Part shown: in pieces, positions 56,041 through 64,000 of the stretch
Position numbering within the stretch: position 1 is the first letter of the stretch
Layout: each line of letters starts with the position of its first letter
DNA from: Bacteroidota bacterium
Lineage (GTDB): Bacteria > Bacteroidota > Bacteroidia > Flavobacteriales > Flavobacteriaceae
Length of the DNA: 64,000 nucleotides
Direction of reading: 5' to 3'
NCBI GenBank assembly: GCA_040385625.1
Contig: JAZKHA010000021.1
Coordinates: 14,823 to 78,822 of the forward strand
Translations under genes and position numbers: made by a program
The notes under the pieces: model-generated
The model's input: only the letters and a program-made list of their open reading frames with translations
The model's database searches: none
Told to the model about the DNA's origin: nothing

Positions 56041-57213
56041 TTAGTATTGATCATAGTCATCTCCAAAATTAAACGTCAAGGAGAAACGTAATGTATTTTC
56101 TAATGGGTTTTTTACTTTAGACATCGAAAACAAATAAGAAACATCTATATTGATTGTTGAATACTTGAATCCCGCTCCTAAAGTCGCGAATTTTCTAGAC
56201 CCTTTATCTTTACTTTCATTGTAATATCCTGTTCTTAAAGCAAAAGAATCTTGGTACCAATATTCTAACCCTAAAGCATAATTTACTTCTTTCATTTCTT
56301 CTTTTAAACCATCTGGCGCATCACCGAATGATTTAAACATACCCGAAACCCAACCAATACTATTGTACTCATCGGCAGCAGCTTGATAATCTGGCCCATC
56401 AATAAATCCGTCATTGTTAGCATCAAACACTTTTTGAGGAGTCGGAACTAACAATTTATTAAACTCAAGTCCTAACGCTACTTTGTTGTAATCATCAAAA
56501 ATAAAGTCAAAACCACCTCCTAATTTTAGGTTGGCCGGTAAAAAGTTTGAACTTCTTTCTACATCTCCATCATATGAAATTTTTGGCCCCATATTTTGAA
56601 GGTTAAACCCAAGTCTCCAACGTCCGTTAAAATCAGTGTAAGCCACTTCAGACGACTCGTAGTAACCCGCTACATCAACCGCAAAACTATTAGCAGCTGA
56701 AGCATCTCCTGTTGAAGATGGAATTTTTAAATTAGAACGAATGTATCGTCCCGCAATACCCATTGCAAATTGTTCGCTTAACTGAAGTGAATATGATAAA
56801 TCAAAAGCTAATTCGTTTGGTTTTACGACTCCAGTTTCCTGACCTGATTCATTAGTAAGTTGAATTTCCCCTAATCCAAAATATCTTAAACTTGCAGCAA
56901 AAGCACTTCTTTCATCATATCTATTAAAATAGTTAATCTGGCTCAATGAAATATCATTAACCAAATCTGTTAGATACGGAGTATAACTAGCCGTAAAACC
57001 TGATTTTTTAAGTGAAAAAGCATACTTCGCAGGATTGTATTGTTGCGAGAACGCGTCCGGAGAAGTAGCAACTCCCATATCTCCCATACCAGCAGCTCTA
57101 GCATCGGCAGCGATCAATAAAAAAGGAACCCCAGTAGTTATAGGTCTTTCATTTTGAGCATTCATATTGAATACAAATAGAAAACCCAGTATTAATAAAC
57201 TTATTCTTTTCAT
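56041..57213 (-). CDS. porV: Type IX secretion system outer-membrane protein PorV (LptO)
   Basis: Signal peptide, then the conserved N-terminal segment TTGVPFLLIAADARAAGMGDMGVATSPD. Beta-barrel character with a terminal ...DDYDQY. Sits immediately downstream of porU. Confidence 0.85.
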   Translation of the reverse strand: MKRISLLILGFLFVFNMNAQNERPITTGVPFLLIAADARAAGMGDMGVATSPDAFSQQYNPAKYAFSLKKSGFTASYTPYLTDLVNDISLSQINYFNRYDERSAFAASLRYFGLGEIQLTNESGQETGVVKPNELAFDLSYSLQLSEQFAMGIAGRYIRSNLKIPSSTGDASAANSFAVDVAGYYESSEVAYTDFNGRWRLGFNLQNMGPKISYDGDVERSSNFLPANLKLGGGFDFIFDDYNKVALGLEFNKLLVPTPQKVFDANNDGFIDGPDYQAAADEYNSIGWVSGMFKSFGDAPDGLKEEMKEVNYALGLEYWYQDSFALRTGYYNESKDKGSRKFATLGAGFKYSTINIDVSYLFSMSKVKNPLENTLRFSLTFNFGDDYDQY

Positions 57214-57253
57214 TATAGTTTTATAAAATGTTCGGCAAATATAATTTCTTTTA

Positions 57254-60200
57254 TTAAAGTATTACTAATTTCTCGAATTTTTCAGCCTTTTTATTCGTCA
57301 AAGTTGACTTAACAGTCAGTCTATAAACATAAACACCCTTACCTATTTTGTCTCCGAAATCATCCTTCCCATTCCAAGTAATATCTCTCGATGTAAAACC
57401 TTCGTTGGTAATTGTTTGGCTTTTTGACCAAACAACCCTCCCTGTTATAGTCAGAACTTGCACCTGGACATCTAAAGGCTCAAAGGGTTTATTATGCGTA
57501 AACCAAAATTCAGTATGATTGACAAATGGATTCGGATAGTTCAAAACATTGGTTAATTTCAATTCGGAATCATCAATCACAATAAATTGTAACTCGGAAA
57601 CCGTAATATTATTGTACACATCCCAGATTTTAAATGTTAGCGTATGCAATCCTGGACTCAAATTTCTAAAAGGGTAACTTACTTTTCCTTTCGTGTAATC
57701 ATCTTTTTCGGTTTCATAATAATCATTTAACGGTATCGGTTTTGTCTCATCGCCATCCAAATACACCACTATATCATGCCCAATACCACTTGCAGTATTC
57801 ATTCCGTTTTCATCTTCAACAAAAGCCAAAAACAAAGGAGATTGATTTGTTATCCCTCCCGAAACAAAACTTTCATCATTCATGTACAACCTAACACGTG
57901 GAGGCGTTGTATCTGCAACAGCATTGGTATTCACGCCACCTACTTTTACACTTAAATCATACCCTGCATTATCTTCTTTTACATCATTTTTTTTGGAGTA
58001 AAAACTGATTTTACCATTCCCTAGTGGAATTCGTATATCTTTAGGAACTACGAAAGATAACTCAAACATACCGTTTTGAACAGAGGCATTACCTCTAAAA
58101 ATAGTTTCTCCTGAAGCGTTAAAGTTCATTTTATATACCGTTCCTCCAACCATCGTATTATCATTACCTAAAGTTGTCTTACTAACATCTTTATCAAAAA
58201 TATTCACAAATAACTCCCCATTATAATTAGATTGTAAAGCATCAAACTCATCAGTCACCTCACCTGATAATTTAACTTTAGCTAAAGCTTCTAAAGACCC
58301 TGTAAAAGATGAAACCGGAATGTCATTAATTTTTGTCAATCTGATTTTTGGTCTAGGAATAGCTAATTTCATTGCTGGATCACCAATAAAAGACACCACA
58401 TTATTACCCGAACTTAAATAACTAGTTTTTACCAATCTTACCGCTTCAGCAATTGAAACATAATTATTAGATCCAAAAGAAAACAATATCGGAGCTAATA
58501 ATGTATTGAAATTTTCCCCTGTCGACTGACCAATTTGCCTTGTTGTTGTTATTAAAGCTATAGCTCCACCTGTTGGGTTAGTAAAAGTTAACTCTCCACC
58601 TGTTGGTCTTAACGGATTATCAAAACGCGTAAACTCACAAGTAACCGTTATAAATAAAGGATACTTATATCTATTACTTAATTGATTTGCATCACTAATT
58701 TCAAATAAGCGCTCCGCTGCCAATCCATCTTCACTACCGTGACCAATATAATCCATAACCAAAGTCCCTTGAGAAAAAGCATTTAAAAACTCTTCTTTGG
58801 CTTTCGGATATTTTTGTCCTCCAGAAGTTGTCTCTTGCACAAAAGCATCAGTATGTATTTTTTTTACATTAAAAAAAGGCTTATCATTTGTGATAGCATC
58901 AGCCATACTGTCTAAATTTTCTTGTAGTGTCGCGTCTGAAGTAGCATCAACATCATCAGACAAGAACAATAAATTATTCCTCCATCTTCCATACGACTTA
59001 TCATCATGGTAATCTATAATTTTTGTTACCATTTGTTCTGCGATTGCAACATCGCTACACAAAATTCGTCCAACCGCAATATCCAACCCTTGAGAACCAA
59101 CAATATTTCCTTCAGCCGGATCCATTAATCCAAAATAATCATCCGAAACAAAAGAAGAAAAAAGCGTATAGCTTTCTAAAGACTGAAAAACAGGTACTAT
59201 ATTCGTATTATTTAAAATCCTGTCTTTAAAGTCAAAAGAAGCATCACCAAAAAGACATACATATTTCAATTTTTTATCCGGTGCTGATGAATTTTGATAA
59301 ACATATTTTATAAAATTTCTTATCGCACCTATATCCTGTTTTCCTGAAGAAAACTCTTCATATATTTTATTCAAAGTAACAACCTTAACATTAAGGTTAG
59401 AGTAACTTCTATGAAAATTAGCCAATCGCTCTGCTTGTGTCACAAGAAAAGCAGGTGTAACAATAACATAATCTATATCCTGAAAAACACCATTTCCATC
59501 CAGAAAAATTTCTCCTTTTAAATCCTGATTAACCACTGAAGCATTTGAATCCCTAAAAGGAGTTAAAAAATCTGTATTATCAACTGCAATATATTTTTTT
59601 GCAGAGCCCATTACATCTTTAAAAGCGAAGGCAGCTTGCCCAGTATTTGTTTTTGTTAAAACATTATAGATGTCGGTTATATTCCAAACCTGCCCAATAC
59701 TAGTTGCATTTGCAAACTGATACTCACAAATCCCAATATTACTAGCAACTTCATCTACACTAAAATGAAATTGTTTATTAAACCCTTTCAATTGTGATTT
59801 CGCTTTGACTTTAATAAAGTCAAGATATGCATTAGAAGAAGGAACTCCATTATTATCATATGTAAGTCCTACAGTTATTGTTGAATTTGCGGAAGTAATA
59901 TTCCCGTTAAAACTTCCTTCATCAGCAAAAACAGCACTTCCTGAATTAATAGCTGCAAAATTCAAAAAACCGCTATCACTACCATTTAATTTTACTTTTA
60001 TAAAGGTATCAACCACACTAGCTCCAGCTCCTCTAACAGAAATTGCCACAGGACTAGCAAGGTCAATATTTGGAAAATTGAACTGGTAGCTTTGATTATT
60101 TTGAATATTAAACTGTTCCCCAAACCACTTTCGTCCCAACTTTACAATATTTAAATTGTCTTTTTCATGGTATTGATAGTCGTCAAAAACAGAGTATGTC

Positions 60201-61087
60201 GCATCTGGAGTCCCAGCTGGCTCAACCATATCTACAATTCGCTTACCATTTACCCCTCCGGTTGTCACATAATAATACGTCTTATCAGCATATTGATTAA
60301 TATGGGTTTGACTTTCCTCATTCCATCCTTCAACTCCTTGCGCATAGAACAGCACATAGTCTGAATCATTGAAAATACCATCATTTTCGCCAATAATTTG
60401 AATAGCATTTTCTTCCAGGTCATTCGGATAAGAAACCGAATTAACTAAAGGAAGCATCCTTCCTCCGTTCCCATATATTTTTATGGTTCTTGGATCAACA
60501 TTAACGTTCACTCCCAATTGTGACAAAAACGACTTTGATATTCTATAAACACCAGATTTTTGAATGTAAAATTTCTTCCAAGTACCATTTTTAAGAACTG
60601 AACTTACAACAGCTCTTCTGTTTGAATATGAATTTATAACTGACTCATTACTTAATTTGAAATTATAGTCAAAAGATTTCACCCTTTTGTAAACACCTTT
60701 ATCTAATATAATAGGAGAAAAAGTAAGCAAAAGATTATTCTTATCTCTCGAAAATATGTTTTCAATTTTAAAATTAACGGTTTTTGCAACATTTTTTAAG
60801 TTTAAAACCCCTAATTTTTCAACAGAAACCGTTTCAAACTGCAAATTTGAGACTTCTAATGATTTTTCATCAGCAACTCCTGAAAGAGGAATTGACTTCT
60901 GAAATTTTACAGAATTATTTCCTCCATCATAATTAAAGTACTCCGCTTGAAAATATGGCACTCTAAATGAGTATTTTTCATTAAACTTATAGACATCTTC
61001 CTTCCACATCAACTCTACATGATCGGATGTTTGAGAAAAACCCAATTGAAAGAAAAAGCAAAACAGTATAAAAAAGTAGTTCTTCAT
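57254..61087 (-). CDS. porU: Type IX secretion system C-terminal signal peptidase/sortase PorU
   Basis: About 1280 aa. The C25 (gingipain-like) region has a candidate His/Cys dyad (YIGHGSE and ITVTCEF). It carries its own sorting-domain-like C-terminus. Gene order porU-porV next to gldJ. Start chosen at MKNYFFILF (61087); the track ORF starts at 61111. Confidence 0.85.
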   Translation of the reverse strand: MKNYFFILFCFFFQLGFSQTSDHVELMWKEDVYKFNEKYSFRVPYFQAEYFNYDGGNNSVKFQKSIPLSGVADEKSLEVSNLQFETVSVEKLGVLNLKNVAKTVNFKIENIFSRDKNNLLLTFSPIILDKGVYKRVKSFDYNFKLSNESVINSYSNRRAVVSSVLKNGTWKKFYIQKSGVYRISKSFLSQLGVNVNVDPRTIKIYGNGGRMLPLVNSVSYPNDLEENAIQIIGENDGIFNDSDYVLFYAQGVEGWNEESQTHINQYADKTYYYVTTGGVNGKRIVDMVEPAGTPDATYSVFDDYQYHEKDNLNIVKLGRKWFGEQFNIQNNQSYQFNFPNIDLASPVAISVRGAGASVVDTFIKVKLNGSDSGFLNFAAINSGSAVFADEGSFNGNITSANSTITVGLTYDNNGVPSSNAYLDFIKVKAKSQLKGFNKQFHFSVDEVASNIGICEYQFANATSIGQVWNITDIYNVLTKTNTGQAAFAFKDVMGSAKKYIAVDNTDFLTPFRDSNASVVNQDLKGEIFLDGNGVFQDIDYVIVTPAFLVTQAERLANFHRSYSNLNVKVVTLNKIYEEFSSGKQDIGAIRNFIKYVYQNSSAPDKKLKYVCLFGDASFDFKDRILNNTNIVPVFQSLESYTLFSSFVSDDYFGLMDPAEGNIVGSQGLDIAVGRILCSDVAIAEQMVTKIIDYHDDKSYGRWRNNLLFLSDDVDATSDATLQENLDSMADAITNDKPFFNVKKIHTDAFVQETTSGGQKYPKAKEEFLNAFSQGTLVMDYIGHGSEDGLAAERLFEISDANQLSNRYKYPLFITVTCEFTRFDNPLRPTGGELTFTNPTGGAIALITTTRQIGQSTGENFNTLLAPILFSFGSNNYVSIAEAVRLVKTSYLSSGNNVVSFIGDPAMKLAIPRPKIRLTKINDIPVSSFTGSLEALAKVKLSGEVTDEFDALQSNYNGELFVNIFDKDVSKTTLGNDNTMVGGTVYKMNFNASGETIFRGNASVQNGMFELSFVVPKDIRIPLGNGKISFYSKKNDVKEDNAGYDLSVKVGGVNTNAVADTTPPRVRLYMNDESFVSGGITNQSPLFLAFVEDENGMNTASGIGHDIVVYLDGDETKPIPLNDYYETEKDDYTKGKVSYPFRNLSPGLHTLTFKIWDVYNNITVSELQFIVIDDSELKLTNVLNYPNPFVNHTEFWFTHNKPFEPLDVQVQVLTITGRVVWSKSQTITNEGFTSRDITWNGKDDFGDKIGKGVYVYRLTVKSTLTNKKAEKFEKLVIL

Positions 61088-61174
61088 AATCCTAAAAACG
61101 TCATTAGACACATTTTATTTCGCTTGTAAAATTATACTTTTAAACAATATATTTTTAATTAAAACGTTATTGTT

Positions 61175-61182
61175 TATCTTTG
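61175..61182 (+). promoter_or_regulatory. Candidate -7 promoter box (TATCTTTG) for gldJ
   Basis: Exact TAnnTTTG match, 103 nt upstream of the gldJ ATG. Confidence 0.45.
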
Positions 61183-61284
61183 TAATTGTAAATTTTAAGA
61201 TTTTTTTAAAATATTTAATCAAGAGTATTGCAGTTTAATCGTTAATTATTATATTGCGGCACTAAATAATTACCTACTGAAAGT

Positions 61285-62982
61285 ATGAAAGTAAACAAAA
61301 TCATGGCAGTAAGAGTGCTTTTTTCATTGATGGTGCTTTTAAGTTTTACTAGTTGTAGTAAAAAGTCAAGTACAAAAAACACTTCCGCAGCTACAGGCTG
61401 GAAAATTAACGACCCTAATGGTGGTTTTCAGTACAATTCGAACTTTACAAAGCAAGAAACTGCTCCTGGACTAATTTTAGTTGAAGGTGGTACGTTTACA
61501 ATGGGTAAAATTCAGGATGACGTAATGCATGATTGGAATAACACTCCAACTCAACAACACGTTCAATCATTCTACATGGATGAAACTGAAGTTACCAATA
61601 TTGCTTATATGGAATATCTTGACTGGCTAAAGAGAGTTTTCCCTCCTTCAGAAGAGAACTATAAAAACATTTATGGCGGTGCACTTCCTGACACATTAGT
61701 TTGGAGAAATAGATTAGGTTATAACGAAACTATGACTAATAACTATTTGAGACATCCTGCTTATTCTCAATACCCTGTTGTAGGTGTAAACTGGATTCAA
61801 GCTACAGAATATGCTAAATGGAGAACAAACCGTGTAAATGAAGCTATTCTTGAAAGAGAAGGTTACATGAAAAAAGGAGCAAAAGTTGTTGATGTTGATG
61901 CAAACAACACTTTTGATACCGAGGCTTATTTAGCTAGTCCATCAACTTCTTTTGGCGGAAATGATAGTATCATTTTAAAGAAAACCAAAGGTCGCTCAAA
62001 AAGCAAAAACGGTGCAGATTCAACTAATGTTTACGCACAAAAAACTTCTGGTGTATTATTGCCAGAATATAGACTTCCAACTGAAGCTGAGTGGGAATAT
62101 GCTGCTGCTGCTGACGTAGGAAACAGAGAATACAACATTTACAGAGGACAAAAGAAATACCCTTGGAAAGGACAATACACTCGTTCTGGAAAAAGAGAGA
62201 CAAGAGGAGATCAATTGGCTAACTTCAAACAAGGAAAAGGTGATTACGGCGGAATTGCAGGATGGTCTGATGACAATGCTGATATTACAGCTGCTGTTAA
62301 ATCTTACAAACCAAATGATTTTGGATTATATGACATGGCTGGTAACGTTGCCGAATGGGTACAAGACGTTTACAGACCAATGGTAGATGACGAAGCGAAT
62401 GACTTTAACTACTTCCGTGGTAACGTTTATTCTAAAAATAAAATTGACAAAGAAGGGAAAATTGAATTTGTAACTTCTGAAACAATTCAATATGACACTT
62501 TAAGTAATGGTAAAATCATCGCAAGAAGCAAACCAGGAGAAATTGCTCAGGTTCCTGTAGATGAACAAGAAACATACTTAAGACAAAACTTTGACAAAAG
62601 CAACGAGATTAACTATAGAGATGGAGACAAAAACTCTTCTCGTTACTATAGTTTCGGAAGCGATGAAGAAGGAACTGACTTAAAAGACAAAAAGAGAATG
62701 TATGATTCTCCAATACACAAAGTTGGTACTGTAGTTAAAGATACCGTTTCAAAAGAAAAACAAATGGAGCGTAAATTTGATAAATCTGACAAAAGAACTT
62801 CTTTAATTGGAGATGATGTTAGAGTTTACAAAGGAGGTTCTTGGAGAGATAGAGCTTATTGGTTAGATCCAGCTTCAAGAAGATATATGAATCAAGATAT
62901 CGCTACAGACTATATTGGATTTAGATGTGCAATGTCTAGAGTAGGTCCAAAATCTGACTTCAAAAAAAGAGCAAGAAACTAA
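61285..62982 (+). CDS. gldJ: Gliding-motility lipoprotein GldJ (FGE-sulfatase/SUMF1-like fold)
   Basis: Lipobox LSFTSCSKK. SUMF1-type motifs YRLPTEAEWEYAA, GNVAEWV and GGSWRD. 565 aa. Located between porU and murF, as in the described Flavobacterium johnsoniae locus. Confidence 0.88.
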   Translation: MKVNKIMAVRVLFSLMVLLSFTSCSKKSSTKNTSAATGWKINDPNGGFQYNSNFTKQETAPGLILVEGGTFTMGKIQDDVMHDWNNTPTQQHVQSFYMDETEVTNIAYMEYLDWLKRVFPPSEENYKNIYGGALPDTLVWRNRLGYNETMTNNYLRHPAYSQYPVVGVNWIQATEYAKWRTNRVNEAILEREGYMKKGAKVVDVDANNTFDTEAYLASPSTSFGGNDSIILKKTKGRSKSKNGADSTNVYAQKTSGVLLPEYRLPTEAEWEYAAAADVGNREYNIYRGQKKYPWKGQYTRSGKRETRGDQLANFKQGKGDYGGIAGWSDDNADITAAVKSYKPNDFGLYDMAGNVAEWVQDVYRPMVDDEANDFNYFRGNVYSKNKIDKEGKIEFVTSETIQYDTLSNGKIIARSKPGEIAQVPVDEQETYLRQNFDKSNEINYRDGDKNSSRYYSFGSDEEGTDLKDKKRMYDSPIHKVGTVVKDTVSKEKQMERKFDKSDKRTSLIGDDVRVYKGGSWRDRAYWLDPASRRYMNQDIATDYIGFRCAMSRVGPKSDFKKRARN

Positions 62983-63001
62983 CATTTCTTCAAAAATATA
63001 T

Positions 63002-63032
63002 AAAAGCCCCTTTTTGGGGCTTTTATTTTTTT
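63002..63032 (+). terminator. Rho-independent terminator after gldJ
   Basis: 9-bp stem AAAAGCCCC / GGGGCTTTT with a 5-nt loop and a long T-run. Confidence 0.85.
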
Positions 63033-63046
63033 ATTACTTTCGTATT

Positions 63047-64000
63047 ATGAAGATAGAAGAAATATACCAGTGCTTTTTACAATGCGAATCTGTATCTACA
63101 GACACGAGAAAAATAGAGCCAAACTCTCTTTTTGTAGCCTTAAAAGGAGAAAATTTCGATGCCAATACATTTGCACAAGAAGCCTTAAACAAAGGAGCCC
63201 AATTCGTCATTATTGACAATAAAAACTATTATACAGATGAAAATAAAATGTTATTGGTTTCTGATAGCTTAAAAACTTTACAAGAACTTGCTAAATACCA
63301 TAGACAACAATTGGGATTGCCTATTATAGCCCTTACCGGCAGCAATGGTAAAACAACTACTAAGGAACTTATTAATTGCGTTTTGTCAAAAAACTACAAC
63401 ACCAAAGCCACCATCGGTAATTTAAACAATCACATTGGCGTTCCTCTAACCTTATTAAGTTTCAAAGAAGACACAGATATAGGCATTGTAGAAATGGGAG
63501 CCAATCATCAAAAAGAAATCGAATTTCTTTGCTCTATTGCCGAACCCGATTTTGGATATATCACCAACTTCGGAAAAGCACATCTGGAAGGATTTGGCGG
63601 CTTTGAAGGAGTGATTAAAGGAAAAAGCGAACTTTACAATTACCTTATCCACAACAACAAAACAGTTTTTGTTAATACAGATGACACACTACAAGACGAA
63701 AAAACAGTTAATTCAAATCGATATACATTTGCATTAGAGAAAAAATCTGATATTAAAATTGATGATATTACTGCTAGTCCAATGGTTAAAATCAATTTCA
63801 ACAATCAAACGATACAATCACATTTAATAGGAATTTATAACGCCAATAATATAAATGCAGCAATAGCTATCGGAAAGTATTTCAACATTAGTGATGAAAA
63901 CATAAAAGAGGCAATAGAAAATTATATTCCGACCAATAATCGTTCGCAATTAATTGAAAAAAACTCAAACCATATTATCCTAGACGCTTACAATGCGAAT
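63047..64000 (+). CDS. murF: UDP-N-acetylmuramoyl-tripeptide--D-alanyl-D-alanine ligase, N-terminal 318 codons (3' end beyond the window)
   Basis: Not in the ORF track because no stop codon falls within the window. Translated by eye as MKIEEIYQCFLQCESVSTDTRKIEPNSLFVALKGENFDANTFAQEALNKGAQFVIIDN... with the P-loop LTGSNGKTTTKE (~63340). The frame stays open to nt 64000. Confidence 0.85.
   Translation, partial: MKIEEIYQCFLQCESVSTDTRKIEPNSLFVALKGENFDANTFAQEALNKGAQFVIIDNKNYYTDENKMLLVSDSLKTLQELAKYHRQQLGLPIIALTGSNGKTTTKELINCVLSKNYNTKATIGNLNNHIGVPLTLLSFKEDTDIGIVEMGANHQKEIEFLCSIAEPDFGYITNFGKAHLEGFGGFEGVIKGKSELYNYLIHNNKTVFVNTDDTLQDEKTVNSNRYTFALEKKSDIKIDDITASPMVKINFNNQTIQSHLIGIYNANNINAAIAIGKYFNISDENIKEAIENYIPTNNRSQLIEKNSNHIILDAYNAN

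Noticed and set aside
63034-63652. Minus-strand ORFs 63034-63219 and 63455-63652
   Set aside because: Both are antisense to the open murF reading frame (63047 onward), which carries the Mur ligase P-loop and was missed by the track only because it runs off the window.
1-64000. tRNA, rRNA, tmRNA or other structured RNA genes, and transposases, integrases or prophage genes
   Set aside because: I inspected all intergenic spacers by eye. None has the length, GC content or T-loop-like GGTTCGAATCC motif of a tRNA, and no ORF shows DDE, tyrosine-recombinase or phage structural motifs. This is absence of evidence from manual reading only; tRNAscan, Infernal and ISfinder scans would be decisive.

Overview
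This window looks like a low-GC chromosomal segment from a Flavobacterium-type genome (Bacteroidota, Flavobacteriaceae). The supporting signs are a SusC/SusD pair, the type IX secretion (T9SS) and gliding locus porV-porU-gldJ followed by murF, two proteins with T9SS C-terminal sorting domains, and repeated TAnnTTTG promoter boxes close to start codons. I support 48 protein-coding genes, two of them cut by the window edges: susC at the 5' end and murF at the 3' end. Most are housekeeping genes (rlmB, rarA, radC, mpl, obg, adk, hpt, purK, purE, dcp, gcvP, pdhA plus the PDH E2 gene, cdd, mlaE, mlaF). About a dozen intrinsic terminator hairpins are visible. I found no rRNA, tRNA, CRISPR array, transposase, integrase or phage gene, and no recognisable defence island. 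I do not see an unambiguous new system. The best candidates for a second look are: (1) a three-gene operon of a 1905-aa thioester alpha-2-macroglobulin, PBP1C and a translationally coupled polytopic membrane protein; (2) a SusC/SusD locus whose only partners are two orphan lipoproteins; (3) a soluble hybrid histidine kinase/receiver whose phospho-acceptor His is replaced by Gln, directly upstream of a 1169-aa delta-60-repeat T9SS cargo protein; (4) a DUF1287 lipoprotein with an NlpC/P60-like Cys-His-His pattern abutting mpl; (5) a glycan-modification cluster with an unassignable GT-B-like gene. All functional calls come from motif recognition by eye, and no database search was run.
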